A stretch of 64,000 nucleotides of DNA from an uncultured Candidatus Saccharibacteria bacterium (GTDB taxonomy: Bacteria > Patescibacteriota > Saccharimonadia > Saccharimonadales > Saccharimonadaceae). The notes beneath the pieces were generated by a model. The model made no database searches. It was not told the origin of the DNA and worked only from the letters and a program-made list of their open reading frames with translations. The stretch covers positions 4,716 through 68,715 of the forward strand of contig CAMYZS010000003.1 of assembly GCA_947303945.1 (NCBI GenBank), in the 5' to 3' direction. Made by a program: the position numbers and the translations under genes. Below, piece by piece: positions 46,063-55,884 of this stretch (positions are counted from its first letter, which is position 1; every line of letters begins with the position of its first letter).

Positions 46063-47583
46063 TCAGAGATTATCCCTATAGCTTGCTCGCTTCTTAATAA
46101 ATACTACTACGCATATGACATACATCATTATTGCGGACATTAATACACCAACACCTACACAAATCCACATCATTATGTTTGAACTATCATTTTCATCGTT
46201 GGCTATCTTTCTCTCCGGCATTTCCTCAACCGGATGTAGTCCACTATATGCCATAATTGCACCGCTTGCCACATTGAGCTTAATCTTCTCTTCCGCTTTC
46301 CCCACGGTCTCCTTATCCGCATAATACTTCGATCCGCGTACCGAATAACTCGCCTCTTTCTCAACCGTCGTCGCAAACGCACGATATCCTTTTGGCATTT
46401 TCATTTCATATGCCTCACTTTCGTCATCGTAATTAACAACCTCAAAACTCTTTTCAGCACTCATATCTACCGACTCCGAAAACACCGCCTGCAAAAGATT
46501 ACCCTCAACGCTCACCCCCTCTTCTAACGGCATTTTTTCTCCATCCGTATATAAACGAGTAATTCCAGCATCTTTCCCAATCACGATATTGCTTTCAATA
46601 TCATTTCCGGCACCGTTCCCAATCCCAGCCGCACCCCAACCTGCTACTGCATTCTCTATAGATCCACCAATAATACTCATCGTTACTTTTGTATCAATAT
46701 CACACATTTTCGCGCCCGACCCAATCGCCGCACCGCCCATCATTTCATCTGCGCTGCTTTCGTACCCTTTTATATCACTAAAGGAACCTTTATTTATTTT
46801 AATAATTACATTATTACTACAAAAGCCACCACCAATCCCGGCCGCGTATTGGCCACCATAAACTGCCTTAAATACACCGTCATTAACCGCAATTGCAGCA
46901 TCGATATATTTTCCACCACCAATACCAGCGCCACCACCGTTACCTGTCGCAGAAATAGCGCCACCATCAACACTAATACTACCAACCGAGTATTTAGAAT
47001 CCAATATCGATTCGGAGCCCCAACCGCCTCCAATACCTGAACTATTTTTTTGCGCAATCGCCACAATCTCTCCGCCCCTAATAATAATCTTTCCATTGAT
47101 AGCGTCCACATTTTTCGTACCATTACCGCCAATACCAGCACCGCCATCAGTTCCACCAGTTGCCGACAGAGAGCCTTCGCCATCGATAATCAAGGTCGCC
47201 ATACTGCCAGTACTATTAAATCCCACGTTAATGCCAGCACCACTCCCCTCCCCTTCTACTTTATTATTTCCGTCAAGAATCAACTCAGCTTTTACGCCAC
47301 TATCCACAGAAATTGCCGCCCCTTGCGAAGATATTATCGTAGCGTTACTTAATATGATTTTTGAGTCACCTATTACTCGAAGCGGCACATCCGATTCTCC
47401 AGACACCTTCACTTCACCGCCGCTAATAATAATCTCTCCATCAACTAATAAATAGCTTCCGCCATTCTCGCCACTACTTATATCGTAGCCGCCCACACCG
47501 CTAGCGTAAACACCCTCAGAAATTATAAAACTCACCCCTAGCATGAAAAATATACCAAAAAAAGCTTCACAACTTCTACGCAT
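46063..47583 (-). CDS. Secreted, C-terminally membrane-anchored beta-helix protein (Cthe_2159-like carbohydrate-binding family)
   Basis: 506 aa with a signal peptide. Repeated GGAGIGGxG / AAGIGGGF / GAAGIGNGAG turns occur, and the C-terminal TM is IMMWICVGVGVLMSAIMMYVICVVVFIKKR. Confidence 0.65.
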   Translation of the reverse strand: MRRSCEAFFGIFFMLGVSFIISEGVYASGVGGYDISSGENGGSYLLVDGEIIISGGEVKVSGESDVPLRVIGDSKIILSNATIISSQGAAISVDSGVKAELILDGNNKVEGEGSGAGINVGFNSTGSMATLIIDGEGSLSATGGTDGGAGIGGNGTKNVDAINGKIIIRGGEIVAIAQKNSSGIGGGWGSESILDSKYSVGSISVDGGAISATGNGGGAGIGGGKYIDAAIAVNDGVFKAVYGGQYAAGIGGGFCSNNVIIKINKGSFSDIKGYESSADEMMGGAAIGSGAKMCDIDTKVTMSIIGGSIENAVAGWGAAGIGNGAGNDIESNIVIGKDAGITRLYTDGEKMPLEEGVSVEGNLLQAVFSESVDMSAEKSFEVVNYDDESEAYEMKMPKGYRAFATTVEKEASYSVRGSKYYADKETVGKAEEKIKLNVASGAIMAYSGLHPVEEMPERKIANDENDSSNIMMWICVGVGVLMSAIMMYVICVVVFIKKRASYRDNL

Positions 47584-47693
47584 ATAATTCCACTAACTCC
47601 TTTTACCTAAGAACTATTTAATCATACACTAAACCAAAGCACAAGCGCCATTTTAATTATTTACTTACGCATGGAAGTATACTATACTAATTC

Positions 47694-47706
47694 GAGAATC
47701 ATTCTC
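47694..47706 (+). promoter_or_regulatory. Candidate Fur-family (Zur) operator
   Basis: Perfect 6-1-6 palindrome GAGAAT-C-ATTCTC between a TATACT -10-like element and the RBS (AAGGAG) of the Fur-family gene. It has the same 7-1-7 layout as known Fur/Zur/PerR boxes. Confidence 0.5.
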
Positions 47707-47722
47707 ATATTCAAGGAGTCTA

Positions 47723-48133
47723 ATGGCCAAGAAAGCTAAATATAATACCTTAAATCGAAATCATTTTCTACAAACCGTGCAATCATTCCACCGTCCTTTT
47801 TCCGCAAAAGATATTGCCGATAAGCTTCAATCCAGCGAAAACCCCATGGGCACCAGTACCATTTACCGTTTTTTGGACGAATTTACGTCTGACGGCATCC
47901 TCCGAAAGACACTCGGCGAAGATAATACTGCTCGTTTTTTCTACTTCAAACCTTGCAATAATGAGAATCATTTTTATCTTGAATGCGAAAGATGCCACTC
48001 CTTTTTTCATCTTGATTGCAAGCATCTACATAGCTTCTCAAAACATCTCGCCAAAAAGCACTCATTCCAAGTTTCAAGTTATAACTTGATAATTACTGGA
48101 ACATGCGCAAATTGCTCTAAGGATAACAAATGA
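47723..48133 (+). CDS. zur: Fur-family metalloregulator, probably Zur
   Basis: 136 aa with the wHTH (FSAKDIADKLQSS...STIYRFLDEFTSDGILRK) and CxxC pairs (CERCHSFFHLDC, CANC). It overlaps znuA (ATGA). Confidence 0.8.
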   Translation: MAKKAKYNTLNRNHFLQTVQSFHRPFSAKDIADKLQSSENPMGTSTIYRFLDEFTSDGILRKTLGEDNTARFFYFKPCNNENHFYLECERCHSFFHLDCKHLHSFSKHLAKKHSFQVSSYNLIITGTCANCSKDNK

Positions 48134-49083
48134 AAACTATTCTCAGAATTATTCTCATCTTAATATTAATTGGCGCATTCTCGACCATCTTCTTTCTCCC
48201 CATCAGTAGTCAAACCCAAGAAAAGCCAACTATCAAAATCGTCACAACTATCTTCCCTGCTTATGATTTCGCACGCACTATCACTAAAGATACTAATACT
48301 TCTATTGAGCTACTAATAAAACCCGGCGTCGATCTTCATAGTTACGAGCCAACCCCCCAAGATATTATAAATATTAAGGAATCAAATATTTTTATCTATA
48401 ACGGCGGCGAATCGGAATCATGGGTCAAGAACATACTGAAAGAGCTAAGCGTAGACACTACAATTATTCGTATGATGGATTCCGTTGAATTGATAGCCGA
48501 GTCGTCTGATAATATCATCAACAAAGAACAGAACAAAAAACCAGTCTACGATGAACATATTTGGACAAACCCAAATAATGTCATTAAAATATCCGAAGCA
48601 ATCTCGCAAGCAGTTAAGAATCATTCCCCAGATGACACATCAACCATTCAACGCAACCTCGATCAATACAAAACCAACCTTCAAAATCTTGATAATGATT
48701 TTCGCATGCTATCTAATACTAAAACCGGCAAGCTTATAGTCGCAGATCGCTTCCCATTCCGCTATTTTATTGAAGAATACGGATTCGATTATATAGCCGC
48801 TTATCCTGGCTGCTCCGAACAGGCCGAAGCATCCGCAAAAACCATCACTGAACTAATTAAACAGACAAAGCAAAACTCTCAAAAAATAATATTTAACCTC
48901 GAATTGTCTAATAATAAAATCGCCCAAACTGTCGCCAGCTCAACTGATGCTAAAATACTAACCTGGCATTCTATTCACAATGTCTCCCAAACCGATTTCG
49001 ATTCCGGAAAAACATATATCGACTTTATGCGCGACAATTTTGATAACCTCAATGAGGCACTCTATGACCATTCTGCAAGCTAA
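48130..49083 (+). CDS. znuA: Metal (Zn/Mn) ABC transporter substrate-binding protein, cluster A-I
   Basis: 317 aa with a signal/anchor segment. It has VTTIFPAYDF, DLHSYEPTPQD, DEHIWTNP and RYFIEEYGF. Confidence 0.85.
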   Translation: MKTILRIILILILIGAFSTIFFLPISSQTQEKPTIKIVTTIFPAYDFARTITKDTNTSIELLIKPGVDLHSYEPTPQDIINIKESNIFIYNGGESESWVKNILKELSVDTTIIRMMDSVELIAESSDNIINKEQNKKPVYDEHIWTNPNNVIKISEAISQAVKNHSPDDTSTIQRNLDQYKTNLQNLDNDFRMLSNTKTGKLIVADRFPFRYFIEEYGFDYIAAYPGCSEQAEASAKTITELIKQTKQNSQKIIFNLELSNNKIAQTVASSTDAKILTWHSIHNVSQTDFDSGKTYIDFMRDNFDNLNEALYDHSAS

Positions 49084-49729
49084 AAAACTTTGCTTACGCT
49101 ATGGTCATCATTATGCCTTTAAGGACTTATCCTTTAAGCTTATGGATAAAGATTTTCTTTGCATTGTTGGCCCAAATGGATCCGGGAAAACCACTCTTCT
49201 AAAATGCATTCTTGGCAGAATTAAACCGACCTCTGGAACAATCATCTTAAATAACGAACTAAAAAAACATCAAATTGGATATCTTCCGCAAAACCCAATA
49301 TTCAAGCCCGCCTTTCCTGCATCGGTGTACGAAGTTGTTTCTATGGGAGTTCTAAATCAAACGCGCCTCCTTTCGCGCTATCCAAAAACAAAAATCGAAT
49401 CCGCGTTAAAAACATTACACGTAGAAAACTTATCACATCTACAATTCAGCACACTCTCCGGCGGGCAACGCCAACGCGTTCTGCTCGCCCGTGCTCTCGC
49501 AGCCAGCACTAACCTCCTCATCCTCGACGAACCATCTAATAACCTTGACTACTCGTCTAAACAGGACTTTTATAACACTCTCACAGAGTTAAATGACTCT
49601 ATGACCATTATTATGGTTACTCACGACCTCGACCATCATAATCTCATCGGCAACAAAATCCTTTCATTAAATCCAAAATTACCATTCTTCGGTAGTACTA
49701 ATGATTATGTTAGGAGAATTCATGATTAA
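49064..49729 (+). CDS. znuC: Metal ABC transporter ATP-binding protein
   Basis: The likely start is ATG 49064 (MTILQAKKL); the track ORF begins at 48980. It has Walker A GPNGSGKTT, the signature LSGGQRQR, and Walker B LLILDEP. Confidence 0.88.
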   Translation: MTILQAKKLCLRYGHHYAFKDLSFKLMDKDFLCIVGPNGSGKTTLLKCILGRIKPTSGTIILNNELKKHQIGYLPQNPIFKPAFPASVYEVVSMGVLNQTRLLSRYPKTKIESALKTLHVENLSHLQFSTLSGGQRQRVLLARALAASTNLLILDEPSNNLDYSSKQDFYNTLTELNDSMTIIMVTHDLDHHNLIGNKILSLNPKLPFFGSTNDYVRRIHD

Positions 49730-50534
49730 TATTTTTATCGAAATGATAAAATACGCCTTTATTTCTCGCGCGTTCTTTGCTGGTCTCATTATTTCATTTT
49801 GCTCTGCCCTCATCGGCTCTAGCCTCGTCTTACGCAAACAATCTATGATCGGCGATGGCCTATCGCACGTCGCCTTTGGCGCTGCCTCTATTGCTACTAT
49901 GCTTGGTTTTGCGCCTATTGAATTTTCAATTCCAATTGTTATTATCGCCGCCATTCTAATATTGCAACTTAACCAAAACACCAAAATAAATGGCGACGCC
50001 GCCATTGCCGTCCTTTCAGCATCCGCTCTTGCGCTTGGCACTTTATTTATCTCTATTAACCAAGGCACAAATGTTGATTTAAACTCTTATTTATTTGGCA
50101 GTATTCTAGCTATCACTAGTCACGACCTAAATATCTGTATTATTCTGGGGATCATTATTATTTCAACTTTTATTCTCCTCCGCCGACAAATATTCGCTAT
50201 TACTTTCGACGCAGAATTCGCTAGTGCTATCGGAATTAAAGTCAACACCTATAACATTATCTCAGCTATTATCTGTTCACTTATTATTGTCGTCGGTATG
50301 CGCATGCTCGGCGCACTCCTAATCTCCAGCCTAATAATCTTCCCTTGCCTATCCGCCCTCCAACTTAGCAAAACTTTCCTTCAAAATACTATAATTTCCG
50401 CCATTCTTTCCGTGACATGTTTTATTATTGGTTTCATTACATCATATGCCCTAAACACACCCACGGGCGCGACTATCGTTCTAGTTAACCTATTCACGCT
50501 AATCGTCTGCTGGGTATATAATAAGCTCAGATGA
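49722..50534 (+). CDS. znuB: Metal ABC transporter permease
   Basis: The likely start is ATG 49722 after AGGAG (MINIFIEMIKYAF). It is polytopic, ZnuB/TroC-like, and overlaps znuC by 8 nt. Confidence 0.85.
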   Translation: MINIFIEMIKYAFISRAFFAGLIISFCSALIGSSLVLRKQSMIGDGLSHVAFGAASIATMLGFAPIEFSIPIVIIAAILILQLNQNTKINGDAAIAVLSASALALGTLFISINQGTNVDLNSYLFGSILAITSHDLNICIILGIIIISTFILLRRQIFAITFDAEFASAIGIKVNTYNIISAIICSLIIVVGMRMLGALLISSLIIFPCLSALQLSKTFLQNTIISAILSVTCFIIGFITSYALNTPTGATIVLVNLFTLIVCWVYNKLR

Positions 50535-51022
50535 GATATAAAATTACCATAATAATCTGCGGGGTACTGGCGCTTATAGTCATAGGTGGCTTAACTGGAC
50601 TATATGTTAATTATCATAAAAACAACACGTCAATCATCTATAACGATATTATTAAATATGAATCACAAACTCACGAATACTTTCCCGATGCCCCACTCAA
50701 TAAAAAGTACCACATCAACTCTGCAGACGAACTAGATAAATTCTATTCGATTTACTCGAATAATCTTGCAATTGATATTACTCATCTAGAACATAATGAT
50801 ATCCTAATTCAAGTTCAATCAGAAAGCTCTGGCAGCATCCAGCACAAACTCGAACAAGTTGTTATTCAGAATAATAAGCTGACCTTCCAAATAAGCACCT
50901 CTACCCCAGAAATAGCTACCGCCGATATGGCATTCTGGTACTACGTCGCTATTATCCCAAAGGACAAGTTAATAAACATTAGCCTTACTGACTGGAAGGC
51001 TCCGTCGGAAGTTGATAAATAA
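50531..51022 (+). CDS. Hypothetical membrane-anchored protein
   Basis: 163 aa with a single N-terminal TM. It shares an ATGA overlap with znuB, and its stop abuts the UvrA-like start. Confidence 0.6.
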   Translation: MRYKITIIICGVLALIVIGGLTGLYVNYHKNNTSIIYNDIIKYESQTHEYFPDAPLNKKYHINSADELDKFYSIYSNNLAIDITHLEHNDILIQVQSESSGSIQHKLEQVVIQNNKLTFQISTSTPEIATADMAFWYYVAIIPKDKLINISLTDWKAPSEVDK

Positions 51023-53287
51023 ATGTGTACTAACGAATATAAATCACCTTTCGAAAAAATAAAAATCATCGGTGCCAAAGAAAATAACCTCAAGAACATA
51101 TCACTCGAAATCGATAAGCATAAATTCAACGTCATAACGGGCGTTTCTGGTAGCGGCAAATCATCATTAGCTTTCGACTGTATATACGCAATGGCGCAAA
51201 CCTCATTTTACGAAACGTTATCAACCTATATTGTCAAAAACCTGCCAAAACTTAATAAGCCTGACGTTGAGAATATTATCAATTTATCTCCCTGCGTATT
51301 AATTGAGCAAAGGAAATTGGGAACGAATCCCAGAAGTACAGTTGGAACATATACTGAAATATACACATACTTACGTTTACTATACTCCAGAATCGGCTAC
51401 CCTATTTACGATAGTAGCTTCTTTTCTTTCAATTCTCCCAAGGGAGCCTGCAAAAAATGCAAAGGACTAGGCTTTGAACTCGCAATCGATTTATCGAAAT
51501 TAATCAATTTCGATCTATCCCTAAACGAAGGCGCCATCAAACACCGAACCTGGAAAGTTGGTTCAAGATATTTCAATATCCAAAGATCGACCGGCTACTT
51601 CGACATGAATAAAAGGATAAAAGATTATTCTCAGGAAGAACTAAATCTCCTTCTATACAAAGAACCGACCAACTTCATGGACCAAGACAGCGGTTTTATA
51701 CAAAACTGGTCTTACGAAGGAATTGTCAGCAGATTACTTAAAAGACAATCCGACTCAAGAGGCTTACAAATCAACGACTATGATAAAAAATTCTTTATAG
51801 AAAACAGATGCTCTTATTGTGACGGCTCAAGGCTGAACGAAGATGCCCTAAAAGTATTGGTCCACGATAAAAGTTTAAGAGAATTGCTTAATCTAGAAAT
51901 AAGCAATCTATATAGCTTCATTCTAACCATAGACGACGCCGAAACTGAAGAAATTGTAATCAAAATTAAGAAAGATTTAAAAAACCTCATTGACTTAGGA
52001 GTAGGATACCTTACCTTGAATAGAGGTATAGGAACACTCTCAAGCGGCGAAGCACAAAAGATAAAATTAGCTAAAAGCACAAATAATACATTAAACGAAT
52101 TAATATACATCATGGATGAACCTAGTTTAGGCTTTCATAGTAGAGATGTTAATAAAATCATTAAAACTATCCAAAATATCGTCAAAAACAATAATACTGC
52201 CATTGTGGTTGAGCATAATCGCGAAATTATTGACAGTGCCGACAATATTATCGACATTGGACCCGGATCGGGAGCAAATGGCGGAATGGTTGTATATAAC
52301 GGATGCGCGGACGGAATTACCGAAGAAACCAAATCGGTTACTGGTCAATATCTGAAGAATAAAAGCACACTGCCTAATTCGCCAAAAACAATTGATAATT
52401 ACTATAAAGTAAATAATATAAATATTAATAATATTCAAAATTTAGACATAGAAATCCCGTTAAACTTGCTAACTTGCATAACCGGAGTTTCAGGAAGCGG
52501 AAAATCATCTCTTATTAAATATTTAGTTCAAAACGACCAAAATCTTATAAAAATCGGCAAAGAGAACGTCGGACTTAATAGTCGCAGCAATGTCGCCACC
52601 TATACTAATACTTTCGATATTATCCGAGAATTATTCTCAAAAGAAAACAGTATTAAACCAAGTGAATTTAGTTTTAATTCTACCGGCGCCTGCCCTAACT
52701 GTAATGGCGCAGGAATTGTAAAAATTGATATGCATTTTTTGGGAGACATTAAGCAGACCTGCGAAACATGCCACGGCAAACGCTACAAAAAAGAAGTCCT
52801 AGCATACCTATATCGCGATAAGACCATTCATGATGTTTTAGAAATGACCGTCGAAGAGGCATTAAACTTCTTCGACAACAATAGCATTAAAGACAGACTC
52901 AAGATACTCAAAGACGTAGGGCTCGAATACTTAAAACTTGGCCAAAACTTAGATACTTTATCTGGCGGCGAAGCCCAAAGAGTAAACATGTCCAAATATC
53001 TTATCAAAAAAGGCAACATTTACATATTTGACGAACCAACACAGGGGCTCCACCTAAAAGACATCGAAACCCTAAAAAACGTTATGAGAAAAATGATCAT
53101 CAACGGGAACACAATCATAGTCATCGAGCACAACTTGGATTTTATTATTGACTCCGACTACATCATCGACATGGGGCCAGACGCTGGGAAAAATGGTGGC
53201 AAAATAGTCTATGCTGGACACCTGTGTGACATAATAAAAAGTAATACCTATACTGCTATAGCTATTAAAAATTACCTAAGTAAATAA
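51023..53287 (+). CDS. UvrA paralogue (class II, short form lacking the UvrB-binding region)
   Basis: 754 aa with two ABC modules (GVSGSGKSSLAF; GVSGSGKSSLIK; LSGGEAQ x2). Zn-module cysteines are CKKCKGLG, CSYCDGSR, CPNCNGAG and CETCHGKR. It is about 190 aa shorter than canonical UvrA. Confidence 0.85.
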   Translation: MCTNEYKSPFEKIKIIGAKENNLKNISLEIDKHKFNVITGVSGSGKSSLAFDCIYAMAQTSFYETLSTYIVKNLPKLNKPDVENIINLSPCVLIEQRKLGTNPRSTVGTYTEIYTYLRLLYSRIGYPIYDSSFFSFNSPKGACKKCKGLGFELAIDLSKLINFDLSLNEGAIKHRTWKVGSRYFNIQRSTGYFDMNKRIKDYSQEELNLLLYKEPTNFMDQDSGFIQNWSYEGIVSRLLKRQSDSRGLQINDYDKKFFIENRCSYCDGSRLNEDALKVLVHDKSLRELLNLEISNLYSFILTIDDAETEEIVIKIKKDLKNLIDLGVGYLTLNRGIGTLSSGEAQKIKLAKSTNNTLNELIYIMDEPSLGFHSRDVNKIIKTIQNIVKNNNTAIVVEHNREIIDSADNIIDIGPGSGANGGMVVYNGCADGITEETKSVTGQYLKNKSTLPNSPKTIDNYYKVNNININNIQNLDIEIPLNLLTCITGVSGSGKSSLIKYLVQNDQNLIKIGKENVGLNSRSNVATYTNTFDIIRELFSKENSIKPSEFSFNSTGACPNCNGAGIVKIDMHFLGDIKQTCETCHGKRYKKEVLAYLYRDKTIHDVLEMTVEEALNFFDNNSIKDRLKILKDVGLEYLKLGQNLDTLSGGEAQRVNMSKYLIKKGNIYIFDEPTQGLHLKDIETLKNVMRKMIINGNTIIVIEHNLDFIIDSDYIIDMGPDAGKNGGKIVYAGHLCDIIKSNTYTAIAIKNYLSK

Positions 53288-53302
53288 TTATTAACCAAAA
53301 AA

Positions 53303-53378
53303 TGGAGCCGTTGACTGGGATCGAACCAGCGACCTGCTCGTTACGAATGAGCTGCTCTGCCAGCTGAGCTACAACGGC
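53303..53378 (-). tRNA. tRNA-Thr (anticodon CGU), CCA encoded
   Basis: Minus strand reads GCCGTTGTAGCTCAGCTGGCAGAGCAGCTCATTCGTAACGAGCAGGTCGCTGGTTCGATCCCAGTCAACGGCTCCA. Confidence 0.9.
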
Positions 53379-53501
53379 GTCCGTAAAGACAATTATAGCA
53401 CAACTAGGAGAAAAGAACCCCACAAACACTAGAAATCAATACTGTTTTAGCATATATTAACTTGCATTTTTAGCCACTTTCGTATATACTAACCACCACA
53501 A

Positions 53502-53578
53502 GGGCTCGTAGCTCAGTTGGTTAGAGCGCCTCCCTGTCACGGAGGAGGTCGCGCGTTCGAGTCGCGTCGGGCCCGCCA
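53502..53578 (+). tRNA. tRNA-Asp (anticodon GUC), CCA encoded
   Basis: gggctcgtagctcagttggttagagcgcctccctGTCacggaggaggtcgcgcgttcgagtcgcgtcgggcccgcca. It is followed by the terminator hairpin agtctcc-tttc-ggagaact plus a T-run. Confidence 0.92.
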
Positions 53579-53605
53579 CAAAAAGTCTCCTTTCGGAGAA
53601 CTTTT

Positions 53606-54116
53606 TTATTCCTTACGAATCTTTTCTAAAATGTTCTCAAATTCTTGACTTGCCTCACGATAGCTAATTGGGAATTTCATATACCCATGCGCTTCTATTT
53701 TCTTTTCATTATCATATATCACTTTTAATAAAAAAACCATCCCCATCCACCACACCATCATCACTCTGGTCAAATCCATCCCATTTTGCAACTTCATATT
53801 TTTTGATAATATTCGCCAATTCTTCAAATACCTCGCCATCAACCGTCTTTGTTATATCAAAAGAATCAGGACAACCAACGCATTTCGCTGTAAAAAACGC
53901 CAAATTGTCTTGTTCTGTTAAAACATAGTCAGAAAAACCGCTCCAACCATTCCCTTTACTAAACGAAAACGAGACAATGTTTCCATTTCTTACCGCCCTT
54001 TCGGCTCCATTTCTAATAACCAATACCGCCGCAAACGCCACTATAATTACTAATGCAATTATAATGCTTATGATGTTTCTAAAAGTTTTATTGCCCTTTT
54101 CTTCCTTTCCTGCCAT
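53606..54116 (-). pseudogene. Hypothetical membrane-anchored protein split by a frameshift at an A7/T7 homopolymer (53730-53736)
   Basis: Track ORFs 53712-54116 (...DGDGFFIKSDI*) and 53606-53842 overlap. Removing one T from the T7 run fuses them: ...DGDGFLLKVIYDNEKKIEAHGYMKFPISYREASQEFENILEKIRKE*. Confidence 0.55.
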
Positions 54117-54159
54117 ATCATTATCATACCAGGTACTTTTGTGTTAAAATATAACCAGC

Positions 54160-54234
54160 GCGGGTGTCGTATAACGGCTATTATGTATCCTTCCCAAGGA
54201 TAAGACGAGAGTTCGACTCTCTCCACCCGCACCA
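54160..54234 (+). tRNA. tRNA-Gly (anticodon CCC), CCA encoded
   Basis: gcgggtgtcgtataacggctattatgtatccttCCCaaggataagacgagagttcgactctctccacccgcacca. Confidence 0.9.
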
Positions 54235-54331
54235 AAAACGAAATAACAAATACATATTAGTGCAGCTAATCAAAGCTGTATTTTTTTAAAAACTAGCAAC
54301 CAACTCGCGCCTCGGCAACTCACTATTAACG

Positions 54332-54904
54332 CTACCCTTTAGAAATGTATTTAACATATTCCATAATCATATCCTCATCATGCATATTCCTCGGAAGATT
54401 ATCAATCTCAAAGAATTCCATCTTAATAGATTCATCATTTATTTTGATAGCGATATCCTTCAGCCGAACATCAACCAAATACAAAGAAGTATTATTATAA
54501 ACGATATCCCCATTAGGGTAAATCCTTTTTCTAGGCTCACCAGACAAGGTATTAATCAATACCAAATCGTCCTCAGATACTTTTATACTAGTCTCTTCAT
54601 ATAACTCTCTTATCGCCGTTGTCTCTAGTCTTTCCCCCAAATCTTGGCATCCTCCAGGTAGCCCCCACAAACCATTATCAGACCTTTGCTGTAATAATAT
54701 CCTACCGTGCTCATCTCTAACGATAACCGATGCTCCGGTTTGGATAAAAGGAATATGCTTCAATTCTTCGTCAAGAGCTGCCCTAAAAAATACTGGATAC
54801 CCACCATAATTAGCACTCAACTCCAACAATTGCTCGTCGTTTATACTCTTCACTAAACGGACAAACTCTTCATGACTATAGTCTCTTATTCTCTTAAAAC
54901 CCAT
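54332..54904 (-). CDS. Nudix hydrolase
   Basis: 190 aa with an intact Nudix box GGCQDLGERLETTAIRELYEETSI. Confidence 0.85.
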   Translation of the reverse strand: MGFKRIRDYSHEEFVRLVKSINDEQLLELSANYGGYPVFFRAALDEELKHIPFIQTGASVIVRDEHGRILLQQRSDNGLWGLPGGCQDLGERLETTAIRELYEETSIKVSEDDLVLINTLSGEPRKRIYPNGDIVYNNTSLYLVDVRLKDIAIKINDESIKMEFFEIDNLPRNMHDEDMIMEYVKYISKG

Positions 54905-55043
54905 ATCTAACCTTAGAATTATTTTATCATCACATAAGAATCCTATTCATTATTATAATCTGCCAGAAATAACTACATCGCAAGAACCTAAGCACGCTAA
55001 ATAATATATAATTACTAGAAATATATAATCGGATATTAAAACA

Positions 55044-55844
55044 ATGAATAAAATCATCATGCTAGGAACGGGTAACGGTATTACATTAAACTTGTTTAAC
55101 ACTTGCTTCGTTATTCAAAACGAAAATGGCAATTTCTTAGTCGATACTGGCGGTAGCATCGAGATTATTAAAAGACTAGAGCTAGCTAACATCGATTACG
55201 AATCAATCAAACATATTTTTATTTCGCACAGTGACAGCGACCATATTTTAGGACTATTCTGGTTTTTTAAAAAAATGGGCTTCAAGGCAATGAGTGGGCT
55301 TATCAATGAAAAAATCAACGTTTACTGCAACGATAAAGTTCATGAAGCCATAAAAGGAGTAGCTAAATATATCTTCCCCGACAAGCTTGCTAATGACATC
55401 TTTAATGTTGTAAACTTTGTCATTTTAAATGATAACGATACTTACACTATTAATGGCGTTAATTATACATTCTTTGATGCTCGTGCCAAAAAAGTAAAAC
55501 TATTTGGCTTCGAAGCAATCATTAATAATCAGAAAATAGCCTTCCTTGGCGACGAACCCATCGACTCGAGTCTTTATGATAGAATTCGCGGGTGCGATTA
55601 CGTTATGCATGAGGCATTTTGCCTAGATTCAGAAGATTATATCTTCCACGCCACCAAAATACACCACTCTACTGTCAAAAATGTTAGCAAAATAATGGAA
55701 TCTTTAAATGTGAAAAACTTAATCTTATACCACACAGAAGAAACACATGTTAATAAAAAAGAGCTCTACACAAAAGAATCCCAATTATATTTTAGCGGCA
55801 AAGTGATCGTTCCAAATGATTTAGAGGCAATAGTCATAGAATAA
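55044..55844 (+). CDS. MBL-fold metallo-hydrolase
   Basis: 266 aa with FLVDTGGS and the HxHxDH-like ISHSDSDHILG. Confidence 0.8.
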   Translation: MNKIIMLGTGNGITLNLFNTCFVIQNENGNFLVDTGGSIEIIKRLELANIDYESIKHIFISHSDSDHILGLFWFFKKMGFKAMSGLINEKINVYCNDKVHEAIKGVAKYIFPDKLANDIFNVVNFVILNDNDTYTINGVNYTFFDARAKKVKLFGFEAIINNQKIAFLGDEPIDSSLYDRIRGCDYVMHEAFCLDSEDYIFHATKIHHSTVKNVSKIMESLNVKNLILYHTEETHVNKKELYTKESQLYFSGKVIVPNDLEAIVIE

Positions 55845-55884
55845 AGATGCATTTAATTCCGTTTATGCTAAAATAGAAATAACT

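Noticed and set aside
46806-47183. 125-aa alternative-frame ORF, and plus-strand ORFs, inside 46063-47583
   Set aside because: They are embedded in the beta-helix surface protein gene. Its Gly/Ala/Ile-rich repeats generate open alternative frames.
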